The notes under the pieces were generated by a model that saw nothing but the letters and a program-made list of their open reading frames with translations, was not told the DNA's origin and made no database searches. Made by a program: the position numbers and the translations under genes. Positions 10,481 to 21,312 of a stretch of DNA of 64,000 nucleotides are shown here, in pieces (position 1 is the stretch's first letter; the number at the start of each line of letters is the position of its first letter). Source of the stretch: Deltaproteobacteria bacterium TL4 (GTDB lineage: Bacteria > SAR324 > NAC60-12); contig JBBCAX010000033.1 in NCBI GenBank assembly GCA_051382335.1, positions 49,123 through 113,122 of the forward strand. Direction: 5' to 3'.

Positions 10481-10554
10481 AATTTCTGTTGGGAACGCAG
10501 GCGTCCCGCCTGCTTTTGCGGGCAAGATGCCTGCGTTCCCAGGACAAAACTTTT
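10481..10554. repeat. palindromic dispersed repeat element, copy B
   Basis: GGGAACGCAGGC / GCCTGCGTTCCC perfect 12-bp outer arms flank the inner CCCGC-loop-GCGGG hairpin. This is the best-preserved copy. Confidence 0.85.
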
Positions 10555-10597
10555 CTGGAGAAGTAGACACACGATCCCTAGCAACGAGATTCATGGA

Positions 10598-11546
10598 ATG
10601 TGTACAATTCGTCTGGGTTTATTAGGGCTGATTTTTGTAATCAGTCTTGTTGCCACCATTTTCGCTCAAGAGGAACCGGTAAGCGAAGGTAAAGGGGAAG
10701 GTCAAATTTGTGCCCTTTTCAAGCCAGGTGTCGAATGTCCAGGTGAAGCGGGTCTTTCACAGGCAGAAGCCGTTGCTTTGGCATCCCTCATGCGAAACGC
10801 TGAATTTGGGGTAGGTGAAGTCCTGGGCGCTTCGGATGAAGAGGGGGGGGGGAAGTGGGGACGATAAAGGCAAAAAAGGAGGAGCGGGAACCACTACCGG
10901 CAGTGTTGGAACCAACTTTGGTTATTCAGAAAGCGTCCAACTCTTTATGTTTCCGTTCTCCTATTCGCTAACGCAGACAATCCAAATTTCCGCTAATTTT
11001 CCATTCATTCGCGTGGAAAACGTCGAAGGAATGGGGAATCCTTCTGTATCTATGAAAGTATTTTATTCCTTCTTTGGTTTTTCAGCGTTGACTTCCGTGA
11101 CTTCCAAACTTCCCGTTGGTGATGAAGAACTCGGCGCGCGTCAAGACACCAATGATTATGTCTTTAGTCAAACGCTCCTTAGGGACATGGGCTTTTCCCG
11201 AATTTTTGGTAATTATACTTATATGTACATTCCTCAAGGCGAAAGCGACATTGATGTTGGCGATGTTTCTATGGGGATGTTGGGGCTGGATATGCCCTTG
11301 CCCTTGGGAGACAAGATTAATGTTTATGGTGCTCTTTTTTCAAGCCAGAACTTTGCTGATAAAAACGGGGATGGAAATCGGATTTGGGATACCCAGCAGA
11401 TTACGATGGATACCACGTTCGGTTTGGTATTTCGCGACATTAACTTAAGGACAGGGATTACAGTTCCTGTTTATACCTATTCCAAGCAAATAGAACACTC
11501 GGATCGTAGTCCTCTTTTTGACGTTGGATTTCGCTTTTCATTGTAA
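10598..11546 (+). pseudogene. outer-membrane beta-barrel protein gene interrupted by a frameshift at a G10 homopolymer (possibly phase-variable)
   Basis: ORF 10598-10867 encodes a signal peptide (MCTIRLGLLGLIFVISLVATIFAQ) and runs into ...EEGGGKWGR*. ORF 10815-11546 is in the +1 frame; it continues GGSGDDKGKK... and ends in a beta-barrel-like C-terminus (...FDVGFRFSL). The two frames meet at GGGGGGGGGG (10843-10852). Confidence 0.55.
10843..10852. repeat. poly-G homopolymeric tract (10 G)
   Basis: Counted directly from the sequence: gaaGAGGGGGGGGGGAAGTGGGG. Confidence 0.9.
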
Positions 11547-11615
11547 GGGTCGTTTGCTAGCGTTAGTTTAATTTTAGTCAAAAACATAAAAAACATAGTC
11601 CATATTGAGGTTTCT

Positions 11616-14600
11616 ATGAAGATAAAAGCGTACACGATTTTGCAATTCTTGTTCTTGTTATTCCTGAGTGCACTCTTCGTTTCAAGTTGTGGAGAAGACA
11701 AAAAAGAGAGGCCCAATGATGGGGCTGTCGACAGCCGTATTACTTTTGAACTCCGTTGGCCTGATACTTCCAGTAGTTCAGCAACTGCGTCGCAATACCG
11801 GATTTTTCCCATTCCTTCTAACGTGGATACCGTTCGGATGGTGGTATTAAACGCGGCAGGAGAGATAGCCCGGAGCGGTGCTGGAGATCTTTTGGAAAAA
11901 GATTTTGATTCAAATACAGGTGTAGGTTTTGTGGAGGGCGTTCCCGCTGGTGAGGGCTACACAGTACGTTTTGTCGCCTTTGACTCTCAATCTTTTCCAA
12001 GATATCGTGCCGCTCGCGAAGAGGTGACGGTTGTCGCAAACACCACCACCAAGCTGGGAACGATTGATATGGATGTGGCCCACGTGAACTCTTCCGCGGT
12101 AGTTACTAAAACTGTACAACCCGGAGAGCAATGTCCCTTTGGTGGAGTGCAAATTGAGATGGGGATTGATAGGGATGGCAGTGGTACTCTGGATGAAAAG
12201 GAAGTTACCAAATTCGAGGTGGTCTGTAATGGAATCAGAGGGCCAGTCGGAGCCAGTGGCGCAATTGGAGTCTCTACCCTGCTCAATATTGAAGAGATCC
12301 TCACAGACGATACTGAATGCGGAATACTGCACGGTAAAAAAATTGAGTATGGAAAAGACGATAATAACAATGGTATTCTGGAACCCGTGGAAGTGGATAC
12401 CACTTCCTACATTTGTAACGCAACGGCTCCCGGGCTGAGCATCAATAGAAGAAGTTTGTTTACCAACGAACTGGGAGCTTCAGACGGTTTTACGCTTCGC
12501 CTCAATTCAAAACCCACCAATGATGTGATCGTCAAGATCGAAAATTCCAATAGTAGCGAGGTAAAAGTATTTCCGGATCAAGTGGTTGTGACTCCAGATA
12601 ACTGGCAGGACAGTCAACCGGTAACGGTTACTGGCGTCAGAAATACAACAACCACCCAGGACCAAATCGTGCAATTGACTCTGAGCTTTGAGAGTGAAGA
12701 TGTGGTTTACAAGAAACTTGACCCGCTCAACGTCTCAGTCACTAATGTTCATATTGAACCTCCCGCAAAAGAATTTTCTTCCCACAATGAGCTGGTTTCA
12801 ACGCTGGCCGGTTCTTTCACGGAGGATGACATTAAATTATTTGATGGAATCGTCAGGGGAGTGAATAACGGATACTACGACAACACCCTATATTTGTTTG
12901 CCACTGATTCCAACAATCACATTGTTTACAGAATTAACATCAATACCCATGTTATTGAAGTTTATGTGGGTAAAAAAGGATTTTCAGGAAATGGGGTTGG
13001 GAGCGCTACCAATTCCCGGTTTAAAAACCCAAGAGGAATCACCATCGATAGCAGTACCGGGTTTTTATATGTGGTGGACTCCGGAAACGGAAGGATTATC
13101 AGGATTGATACCGATACTCCCACCGCCGGTACGACTGCCCTTGTAAATATGTCTGGTTCTCTGAATGAGCCTTGGGGCATCACGCTTAGGCAAGGCACCC
13201 TTAATATTACTGAAATTGGTGCTCATCGTGTGAGGACACTTTCCACAGCCGGAGGATCTCTTGGAGTCCTTGCAGGGGATGCTGTTGGTTATGCCGATGG
13301 TTCTGGAGGATCAGCCCGTTTTAACAAACCCAAGGGAATCCACTTTGATGGAACTAACTTTTTTGTGGCGGACTCTGGAAATCATGCTATCCGACAAATT
13401 ACTCTAGCTGGCGTTGTCACTACCGTTGCCGGAATAGGAACGACTGCGGGTGCCAAAGATGGTGACCGTGCTACAGCTCTGTTTGACACCCCTGTCGGAA
13501 TCACTGGTGATAGTACCTACCTTTATGTTTCCGCACAAGGGCAATATCCGCTGCGTAAAATCGAGAAAGGCAAAGGCGCAACTTCCACGTTAGTCCAATT
13601 TCAAGGCAGTTTAGATGGCGGCTCAAGTATCGCGAGGTTTAATGATCCATCGGCAATTTTGTGTGACGATAATACTCTGTATATCAGTACCTCCAATAGA
13701 TTTCGCAAGCTGGATCTCATTCAGGGAACAATCATCACCATGATTGGAAGATCCTCCACCAATGGTTCCGGTACCTCAGCCCGTTTTGACCGGCCTGTTA
13801 ACCTTGTCGCTGGTCCCAATGGCAAGATTATATACATTACGGACTATTACAATCACACGATCCGAACCATGAACCTCACCTCAAATGCGGTAGGTACCTT
13901 GGCTGGGGTTGCCGGAAAGGCAAGTACTACAGAGGCGGCTGTGGCACCTGGAAATCTCTTTTTTCCATGGGGCCTTACGTCAGATGGTACGTATCTTTAT
14001 GTGACTGAACCCAAAAGTCATACGATTCGCAGAGTCAGCATTGATACCGGTGTCACAAAAACCATTGGTGGTACCGCTTTTACCCACGGATCCTCTGAGG
14101 GAATTGGGACCACAGCCTTATTTAATACACCTTATGGCATTGCCACCGATCTGAAAAACCTGTATGTTGCCGATTCGGAAAACCACGTGATCCGGAAAAT
14201 GGATCTCCAAACGTTTCGTGTGAGTATCTTTGCTGGGGATCTCGGCACACCAGGATCATCTGGTGGCGTTTCGTCCGCCCAATTCAATCAACCTAAGGCT
14301 CTCACTAGCGATGGCGTCAACCTCTATGTCATCGATCAAAATGGAATCCGAATAGTGGAAATGTCATCAGGCAAAGTGAGTACAATTTCTGGAACTTCTG
14401 GTTTGAAGAACAGTCTTGGTCTTTCCTCAGACGGAATCAATCTTTATGTGAGTGATACTGATCATCATCAAGTTCAAAAAGTGGTGATTAAAACAGGGGC
14501 TATTGCTATTTTGGCAGGCAATAATAGTGAGGCCCTGAATACGGACACGGTTTGGGATTTAACCTATACTCCTATGATTACAACGCCCGCACGGTTTCAT

Positions 14601-14711
14601 ACACCAGCGGGGATTCTCTTTGGTGATCTTTTCGGAACAGATAAAGAAGAAATTTTTCTGGTTGATGCCGTTGCGGGAACACTTCGGAAAATGGCTCAGC
14701 AAAACAACTAA
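11616..14711 (+). CDS. NHL-repeat beta-propeller lipoprotein
   Basis: It has a lipoprotein signal with lipobox (LFVSSC). It has multiple NHL repeats (YVVDSGNGRIIRID, VADSGNHAIRQI, YVTEPKSHTIRRV, YVADSENHVIRKMD, YVSDTDHHQVQKV). 1031 aa. Confidence 0.85.
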   Translation: MKIKAYTILQFLFLLFLSALFVSSCGEDKKERPNDGAVDSRITFELRWPDTSSSSATASQYRIFPIPSNVDTVRMVVLNAAGEIARSGAGDLLEKDFDSNTGVGFVEGVPAGEGYTVRFVAFDSQSFPRYRAAREEVTVVANTTTKLGTIDMDVAHVNSSAVVTKTVQPGEQCPFGGVQIEMGIDRDGSGTLDEKEVTKFEVVCNGIRGPVGASGAIGVSTLLNIEEILTDDTECGILHGKKIEYGKDDNNNGILEPVEVDTTSYICNATAPGLSINRRSLFTNELGASDGFTLRLNSKPTNDVIVKIENSNSSEVKVFPDQVVVTPDNWQDSQPVTVTGVRNTTTTQDQIVQLTLSFESEDVVYKKLDPLNVSVTNVHIEPPAKEFSSHNELVSTLAGSFTEDDIKLFDGIVRGVNNGYYDNTLYLFATDSNNHIVYRININTHVIEVYVGKKGFSGNGVGSATNSRFKNPRGITIDSSTGFLYVVDSGNGRIIRIDTDTPTAGTTALVNMSGSLNEPWGITLRQGTLNITEIGAHRVRTLSTAGGSLGVLAGDAVGYADGSGGSARFNKPKGIHFDGTNFFVADSGNHAIRQITLAGVVTTVAGIGTTAGAKDGDRATALFDTPVGITGDSTYLYVSAQGQYPLRKIEKGKGATSTLVQFQGSLDGGSSIARFNDPSAILCDDNTLYISTSNRFRKLDLIQGTIITMIGRSSTNGSGTSARFDRPVNLVAGPNGKIIYITDYYNHTIRTMNLTSNAVGTLAGVAGKASTTEAAVAPGNLFFPWGLTSDGTYLYVTEPKSHTIRRVSIDTGVTKTIGGTAFTHGSSEGIGTTALFNTPYGIATDLKNLYVADSENHVIRKMDLQTFRVSIFAGDLGTPGSSGGVSSAQFNQPKALTSDGVNLYVIDQNGIRIVEMSSGKVSTISGTSGLKNSLGLSSDGINLYVSDTDHHQVQKVVIKTGAIAILAGNNSEALNTDTVWDLTYTPMITTPARFHTPAGILFGDLFGTDKEEIFLVDAVAGTLRKMAQQNN

Positions 14712-14858
14712 GAGACGTTTTAAAACGTCTAGGCCAAAACGTTTAGCTTTTGTTTTTTATTCCAATTGAGTATTCCTCTCCATTCACTTCTCGAAAGTGT
14801 GAAAAATAGGGCATGCTGATAGGCTTTAGGCGATGATCGGCATGTCTGGCTTTTAGTC

Positions 14859-17339
14859 TTGATACATCCTTCTTTCTTTCCCTTATCTATGAACATGACT
14901 CCTCTTGATTCGTTTTCATTTCGTAATATTCGTCGCTCTCCCTTATTAATTCCCGGTCTGCTCTTTATTACGGTGAATTTATGGTATGATTACACATTTT
15001 ATCATGTGAATACCTCCAAGCTATTGTTTGTTTGTGGTGGTGTCACTTTATTATTTCTGCTGAGCGATATCCTTGCCTTTAGAAAATATAATAAAGGCGC
15101 AAAGGACAAAAAACACTGGTTGGTGATGGGAATCGTCGCTTTCCCTCTTTTGGGGATGCTGCCCGGATTCATGTTGCATGGAGGAAAGTTCAACTATTAT
15201 TTGCCGATTGAGGTTTCCAGCACACTTATCTTAATTTTGTGGGTTGGCTATTTATTCAAACGAACTCAATCAAGTTTGGATCTCGAAGTTTTTGTGTTTG
15301 CACTCAGCCTCACTTCGATTTATTGTTCCCTCTGGGCTTTCTTGGAAAAAACGGGATATCATCCAAAATATACTCAAGCCATTGATCGTGTTGCCGCAAC
15401 TCATGGGAATACTAATTATTTTTCTGGATTTTTAATCCTCTTACTTCCTTTGTTTTTGGCACGGGGCCTTCCCCTTTATGAACCATCGAAAGGCAACTGT
15501 TTTAGGCAGCGCTTGGTTTATAGCAAATTCCAGGGGTACTATTTGTTGACTTTTTGCTTAGGAGTCCTGTCGTTGTATTGGGCTTCAAGCCGAGCAGCGA
15601 TTGCTGGTTTTGGAATGAGTCTCCTGGTCTTTATTTTTCTGTACTTGCATTTTTTCTTCGCTTCAGGTGTTAAAAAAACCTTAGTCCTGACAGGAATTAT
15701 TATTTTGATCATCGGAGCCGGTTTTATTGGAGTGGTTTTCCTTGAAAAAGGGCTACTTTTCTCAAAAATTAATGAACTGACGATGACTTCGGAGTGGGAA
15801 GAACGCTTTGTTTCCTGGAGACCGGCTATTGCCTCCATTCGGGAAGCTCCGTGGTTTGGGTATGGTCCCGGAAGTTCCTACAATTTATTTTTCCAATTTG
15901 TAGAACCGATGACGCGAATACGGCTGGACTTCAGGCGGTTTAATCATGTCCATCTGGAACTGCTTGAAATCATGCAGGAAGGTGGCGTTTTAAGTTTAGC
16001 GGGATTTCTGTTTTTATGGGGAATTGTTTACTGGAAGTTACTAAAAATCATCTTTAATTCCCAGGGGCATCGTTTTTTTAAATTGATGGCCATTGGCGTC
16101 TTTTGTGGGACACTGGCTCATCATGGTCAAAGTTTTTTTTCAGTGGCTTCCCGGATGATGGTCGTCAAATTGCCCTTATATAGCATGATCGGTTTAAGTT
16201 TTATCCTGGATTATTTGCAAAAATCTCAGGACATTGCTGAAAAAAAAGACGATCTCTCCCAAGCCATTACTTGGAAAAAGCATGTATTCGCTAACCTTGT
16301 TCCTACGCTTTGTCTCCTTACAATTTGTTGGGGACTTTTAATCCCTTGGGCTCAAGCCATGTATCATTACACTGAAGTTCATGCGCAAGCGCGGAATTTG
16401 CGGGATCTAACGTTTAAGCTGGAAAAGCTGATGAAAACGCAACCTAATATTTACGGATTGCAAAAATTGGCCAAATTGCAGTTTCAAACAAAACGTCCTG
16501 ATCTGGATAAAATCTGGGTTATGGCGGATGCGTTGATTCCTCATTATGATATGATGGATTATTTCAGGGCGCTGTATTTTTATGAACAAGGGGCCCTGGA
16601 GACCGCTTATCGCTTAGCAAAAGAAGCACAGGCTCGCGATATTTATAATGACGATATTATCGAAATGGTCGCGCATTTTGCTGCCATAAAAAAAGATGGA
16701 CCTGAATTTTCGCGGCAGTTGGAATTGATGATCGAGAAAATACTCCTTTATGAGGATATTCTCAGGGATCATGATCCAGCTAAGGTGACCTCCACTCTGG
16801 TTGAGATGGCTCCTGACTCCTTTGAAATGATCCAAAAAGGCGATTCAGTCCAAATGACGTGGAGGCAGGATTTGATTGAGAGTCTCATGCTTGGGGTGGG
16901 AAGTCGCGAACCCCAATCCATTGCTGGTTATGAAGAAAGAAAACGGTTTCGACAATTATTAAAACAACAACTGGGAAGATCCCATTTTTTTCAGCTGACT
17001 TATCGTCAAGAGTTCAGTCCCGCAGAAAAGGCGGGTTATCAAAATAATTGGATTAAACTCAATGAATTGGATGAGGATTATGCTTCAAAGTCAAAGCAGA
17101 ATGAGCTCAGGCATCGTTACGAAATAGCGCAAGTCCCTTCAGAAAATATAAAACAGCTCAAGGAACAATACCTCAAACAAACGAAAATTTTTGAAGAACA
17201 GTATCAAGAAAAGCGAAAATCCTATAGGGAGCTCCTCATGAAAAACACGTATTGGGAAGAATTTCAAACACATATAAGTATTCTGAAAAAAATTCTGCTG
17301 ACGATTGATGGCTGGGTTAAGATTGACCCTCGGGAATAA
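14859..17339 (+). CDS. O-antigen ligase (Wzy_C) domain membrane protein with a C-terminal soluble helical/TPR-like domain; candidate O-oligosaccharyltransferase
   Basis: It has about 10 predicted TM helices. The Wzy_C signature is [24 protein letters not shown]...[24 protein letters not shown]. About 370 aa of charged helical C-terminal extension follows. Confidence 0.7.
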   Translation: MIHPSFFPLSMNMTPLDSFSFRNIRRSPLLIPGLLFITVNLWYDYTFYHVNTSKLLFVCGGVTLLFLLSDILAFRKYNKGAKDKKHWLVMGIVAFPLLGMLPGFMLHGGKFNYYLPIEVSSTLILILWVGYLFKRTQSSLDLEVFVFALSLTSIYCSLWAFLEKTGYHPKYTQAIDRVAATHGNTNYFSGFLILLLPLFLARGLPLYEPSKGNCFRQRLVYSKFQGYYLLTFCLGVLSLYWASSRAAIAGFGMSLLVFIFLYLHFFFASGVKKTLVLTGIIILIIGAGFIGVVFLEKGLLFSKINELTMTSEWEERFVSWRPAIASIREAPWFGYGPGSSYNLFFQFVEPMTRIRLDFRRFNHVHLELLEIMQEGGVLSLAGFLFLWGIVYWKLLKIIFNSQGHRFFKLMAIGVFCGTLAHHGQSFFSVASRMMVVKLPLYSMIGLSFILDYLQKSQDIAEKKDDLSQAITWKKHVFANLVPTLCLLTICWGLLIPWAQAMYHYTEVHAQARNLRDLTFKLEKLMKTQPNIYGLQKLAKLQFQTKRPDLDKIWVMADALIPHYDMMDYFRALYFYEQGALETAYRLAKEAQARDIYNDDIIEMVAHFAAIKKDGPEFSRQLELMIEKILLYEDILRDHDPAKVTSTLVEMAPDSFEMIQKGDSVQMTWRQDLIESLMLGVGSREPQSIAGYEERKRFRQLLKQQLGRSHFFQLTYRQEFSPAEKAGYQNNWIKLNELDEDYASKSKQNELRHRYEIAQVPSENIKQLKEQYLKQTKIFEEQYQEKRKSYRELLMKNTYWEEFQTHISILKKILLTIDGWVKIDPRE

Positions 17340-17367
17340 TTTTTTAATGGTGTTTTCAGAGCATTGT

Positions 17368-19203
17368 ATGATGACAGAAATAAAAAACCCGGTATCTCCC
17401 AAAACCATATTGAGGAACGTGTTTGGTTATTCGGAGTTCCGGGGAAAGCAGGAAGAGATCATTCATCATCTCCTTTGCGGAAAAGACGCTTTGGTCCTCA
17501 TGCCGACAGGAGGAGGAAAGTCCCTATGTTATCAGATTCCTTCAATGATTCGACCTGGAACAGGAATCGTTGTTTCGCCTTTAATTGCTTTGATGCAAGA
17601 CCAAGTGAGTGCAATGTATCAACTTGGAGTCAGAGCCGCGTATATCAATTCCTCACTTTCTTATGCTCAGGTTTGCGCGGTTGAAAACCGGATGCGTGCC
17701 GGAGAACTCGACCTCTTATATGTGGCGCCTGAACGTTTGTTAACATCAAGGTTCATCCGCTTATTGGAATCTAACCCTATTGCCTTATTTGCCATTGACG
17801 AAGCTCATTGTGTCTCGCAATGGGGACATGATTTTCGTCCTGAGTACATTCAGCTTACCCTGTTAAAAGAACGTTTTCCCCATGTTCCCCGCATCGCCTT
17901 AACCGCTACAGCGGATGAAATAACCCGGAAGGAAATTGTGGAAAAATTGGGGCTGGAACAAGCAGTCCCCTTTATTTCAAGTTTTGATCGGCCCAACATT
18001 TTTTATCGGGTGGTTCTTAAAGACAGCGCCAAACTGCAACTTTTGAATTTTATAAAAGGAGAACATGAGGGCGATGCGGGAATTGTTTATTGTTTGAGTC
18101 GGAATAAGGTGGAAGCGACAGCGGAGTGGCTTGCGGGAAAAGGCTACAAAGCCTACCCGTATCATGCGGGCTTAAGCGCTCAAGTTCGTTATGAAAATCA
18201 ACAACGTTTTTTACAGGAAGACGGGATTATCATTGTGGCGACGATTGCTTTTGGAATGGGGATTGATAAACCCGATGTGAGATTTGTCGCTCACTTGGAT
18301 ATTCCCAAAAGCATTGAAGGATACTATCAAGAAACCGGAAGAGCTGGTCGAGATGGCGAAAAAGCCGATGCTTGGATGGCTTATAGCTTAAATGATGTGC
18401 TCATGCTCAAAAGAATGCTGGCGGAATCTGAGGCCGAAGAAAAATATAAACAAATCGAACAAGGTAAATTAGAGGCCATGCTAGGTTTTTGTGAAACGAT
18501 CTTATGTCGGAGACAAGTATTACTCAAATATTTTGGCGAAAATCTTGCGAAACCTTGCGGCCATTGTGACACCTGTTTGGATTTGCCAGAGACTTGGGAG
18601 GGCACTCTTGCTGCCCAAAAAGCAATGTCCTGCGTGTTTCACACCCAACAGCGTTTTGGCGCGAATCATTTGATTGATGTCTTGATAGGAAAAGAGGATG
18701 AGCGCATTCGAAAATGGGGACATCATCAAACCTCAACCTATGGGATAGGAAAAGAGCTTTCTTTCGGAGAATGGAAGTCTGTTTATCGGCAATTGGTTGC
18801 CGCGGATCTTCTGAGTTTGGATCTGGAAGGGCATGGAGGCTTAAGGTTAACCTCAAAATCCCGACCTGTGCTAAAAGGAGAGCAGAAAATTTTCTTTCGT
18901 AAAGATCCTAATCCTTCTAAAAAAGAAAGCAAACCTTTGAAGCAAAGCACCAAAGCCTTGCTGTTAGGACCTCCTGAATTGAATGAGCTTTGGACTGTGT
19001 TGAGGGAATTACGTAACGAAATTGCAAAAGACCAGGGTGTTCCCGCGTATGTGATTTTTCACAACTCAACGTTACAGGAGATGGCGGAGATCCACCCACA
19101 AACTCTAGCGCAGTTAGGACGTATTTCAGGGGTTGGAGTGACCAAACTGAAACGCTATGGTGAGCGATTTTTAGAAGTGTTGAAGAATCATCCAAAAGCT
19201 TGA
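17368..19203 (+). CDS. recQ: ATP-dependent DNA helicase RecQ
   Basis: It has [14 protein letters not shown], the Walker [15 protein letters not shown], the DEAH box ([16 protein letters not shown]), an RQC zinc-binding Cys cluster (CGHCDTC) and a C-terminal HRDC. Start set at the ATG aligned with the E. coli RecQ N-terminus. Confidence 0.9.
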   Translation: MMTEIKNPVSPKTILRNVFGYSEFRGKQEEIIHHLLCGKDALVLMPTGGGKSLCYQIPSMIRPGTGIVVSPLIALMQDQVSAMYQLGVRAAYINSSLSYAQVCAVENRMRAGELDLLYVAPERLLTSRFIRLLESNPIALFAIDEAHCVSQWGHDFRPEYIQLTLLKERFPHVPRIALTATADEITRKEIVEKLGLEQAVPFISSFDRPNIFYRVVLKDSAKLQLLNFIKGEHEGDAGIVYCLSRNKVEATAEWLAGKGYKAYPYHAGLSAQVRYENQQRFLQEDGIIIVATIAFGMGIDKPDVRFVAHLDIPKSIEGYYQETGRAGRDGEKADAWMAYSLNDVLMLKRMLAESEAEEKYKQIEQGKLEAMLGFCETILCRRQVLLKYFGENLAKPCGHCDTCLDLPETWEGTLAAQKAMSCVFHTQQRFGANHLIDVLIGKEDERIRKWGHHQTSTYGIGKELSFGEWKSVYRQLVAADLLSLDLEGHGGLRLTSKSRPVLKGEQKIFFRKDPNPSKKESKPLKQSTKALLLGPPELNELWTVLRELRNEIAKDQGVPAYVIFHNSTLQEMAEIHPQTLAQLGRISGVGVTKLKRYGERFLEVLKNHPKA

Positions 19204-19227
19204 GATGGGCGTTTGTTGTTTTAAGAC

Positions 19228-19929
19228 TTAAACTTTCTTGGTACGTTCTCTCAGGATTCCCTTTAAAGCTTCCCGTTGACTGAGTCCTGAAAGAGGGTCG
19301 TGATACGATTCAACAAATTGCTCCACCCATGTTGGATTGGTATAAGCGTAATCCCGCAAAACCCAACCGATCGCTTTACGAATAAAAAATTCTTTTTCAT
19401 GCATTAACATCAGAATCGTTTCTTCCAATAATTCAAGATGGGTTCGCTCTTTATGACGAAGATGAGCCAGAAGCGAGGTGCGGCGCATCCAAAAATTATT
19501 CGATGTTCGCCATTCAAGCAGTTTCTTTTCATGGTTCCTGTTATTTAAAACAAGCTGACTGACCAGGTTGCCTGCCAACAAATCAACAGTGTCCCAATTC
19601 GTCGCGCTTTTTAATAAGTCTTCATACAGCTTTATGGCCTCATCGGTTCGAAAACATTTGTAATGTTGAGCGATCATTAAAGCAAAATACATTTCTTCAC
19701 GACTTTCCCCCTCCCAGAGTTCATGAATGATCTCCTCATATTCCTCATAGGATTGAATGTTGAACAAGACTTTGGCCTTTTTAAAGATTTCTTTCCTGGT
19801 TGGCGTTTGTACTCCATAAAACTTTTGATCTGTTTTCATATAAGCCTGCATTCCTGTGGCTTTTTCCGGATCAGCGGCTCGTTTTAAAGCCTCTTGAAGA
19901 TAAACAACAATCGGGTATGGCTCTGTCAT
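19228..19929 (-). CDS. DNA alkylation repair protein (AlkD/AlkC-like HEAT-repeat glycosylase family)
   Basis: 233-aa protein. The N-terminal ...ATGMQAYMKTDQKFYGVQTPTRKEIFK matches the conserved YMKS.m.FyGV..P motif of the DNA_alkylation family. Confidence 0.7.
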   Translation of the reverse strand: MTEPYPIVVYLQEALKRAADPEKATGMQAYMKTDQKFYGVQTPTRKEIFKKAKVLFNIQSYEEYEEIIHELWEGESREEMYFALMIAQHYKCFRTDEAIKLYEDLLKSATNWDTVDLLAGNLVSQLVLNNRNHEKKLLEWRTSNNFWMRRTSLLAHLRHKERTHLELLEETILMLMHEKEFFIRKAIGWVLRDYAYTNPTWVEQFVESYHDPLSGLSQREALKGILRERTKKV

Positions 19930-20313
19930 CGTATTCCTTTGTTTCTAAGATCTTACTCACAAGATGGTTCTCAGCAGTTTGATTGATTTTTTAACGGTTG
20001 CGATTGATTCTTTAATGATGTTTTCTTCAAATTTCAACTTGCTGTAAATTTTCCTGTGATAGTAGAGTTTATGCGGCAATACTTTCAGGAAACCAGAGTT
20101 GCTGCCATTGATGGTTCAGTTCAACGGTTTTGAGAATAGCTAAGGCTTTGCTACCCTTTGGAATCCAACTATTATCATCGGGAAACTTCACTGATGCGCG
20201 TAAATAGAAAACTCACTGGAGGAACATAAATCCCGAACACCTATGTACCGGTATATTTATTTCGTATTTGTATCGTTTTTACAAACCAAATATACCGGTA
20301 TAGTGCTCAAGAT

Positions 20314-20386
20314 AAGTTTTGTCCTGGGAACGCGGGCGTCCCGCCCACTTTTGCGGGCAAGATGCCGCGCTCCCGGGGAAAAACTT
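20314..20386. repeat. palindromic dispersed repeat element, copy C
   Basis: AAGTTTTGTCCTGGGAACGCGGGCGTCCCGCCCACTTTTGCGGGCAAGATGCCGCGCTCCCGGGGAAAAACTT. The outer arms AAGTTTTGTCCTGGG / CCCGGGGAAAAACTT are inverted. Confidence 0.8.
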
Positions 20387-20429
20387 TCCTGGACAGCTAT
20401 ATATAATAAGGTTAGGAGGAAAAAGGTCC

Positions 20430-20750
20430 ATGGATCATTCTAAGAGTGCAGATCAGATTAAACGCAACAAAACTCAGACTGAAATTAGAAAAGCTCATCA
20501 TCAAACCATGCAACGCTATCGCTCCAAACAACTCATTCAAAAAAAGAGGATTGAGGCATGGATTGAACAACCCCAGTGTTTGGAAATTCTCAAAACACAA
20601 GCAGGACTCAATCAAATTCAAGTGATTAATCAGATCCTGCTCCTTGTTTCTGATGGCGTGAGTCGAGAATTCTTTAAAACGCCACAACAAGCAAAGACAA
20701 ATGCTGAGTGTATGATGAACCAATTAGTCGAAGTTTTTCAAAAATTATAA
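20430..20750 (+). CDS. hypothetical protein
   Basis: ORF 20319-20750 trimmed to the ATG at 20430, which is preceded by AGGAGG. The upstream part of the ORF reads through palindromic repeat copy C. Confidence 0.3.
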   Translation: MDHSKSADQIKRNKTQTEIRKAHHQTMQRYRSKQLIQKKRIEAWIEQPQCLEILKTQAGLNQIQVINQILLLVSDGVSREFFKTPQQAKTNAECMMNQLVEVFQKL

Positions 20751-21066
20751 TTTTTTCTCAATATGAAACTCTTGAGTTCGGAAAAACATAAACAATTTTT
20801 GAGAAATCAGACTCTGTGGGGAGATGTCCCAATATCTTGAATTCGTTCCAATGAATCAAGAATTTTTTCTAACGGAGGGGGTGCGTTTTTCGGCTGCCAC
20901 AGGGGTGCACTTTTCCCTTGCCATAATCATTCGGTTAGAGCATAACAAAATTGAAAAATGAGGAAGACCTCTTTCAAAATATTTTTTGTGCAACAACGCC
21001 ACCCTGATCTGAAAGTATCCTTAAGAGGCTAGTATAGTTAATGGCTTTAAAATCATAGTTTTATTT

Positions 21067-21312
21067 TTGATTATGGCAGGTTGCAGTGCTAGTGGTTATC
21101 ACTACGATAGCAATGCTTTAAATAGTGGAACTGGTATGCATTTACCTTTTCCTAATTTTACTGGGTCTGGTGAATTTTACATGTGTAGGTGGCGATCACC
21201 AGATGGATACGAGAGAGCGGATGAGTTTGGTTCTGTTGAGGAGTGCAACCAGCGCCTTTTTGATAAGTACAAGAAGGAAATAAACTGTAACTGTCGACTC
21301 GAAAAACGGTGA
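21067..21312 (+). CDS. hypothetical small Cys-containing protein
   Basis: 81-aa ORF with a TTG start. It lies in an AT-rich, gene-poor stretch, so the call is doubtful. Confidence 0.2.
   Translation: MIMAGCSASGYHYDSNALNSGTGMHLPFPNFTGSGEFYMCRWRSPDGYERADEFGSVEECNQRLFDKYKKEINCNCRLEKR

Noticed and set aside
10351-10594. Two overlapping minus-strand ORFs (77 and 73 aa) from the ORF track
   Set aside because: They run straight across the two palindromic repeat copies (translation ...CPQKQAGRLRSQ... occurs twice). They are artefacts of the repeat, not genes.
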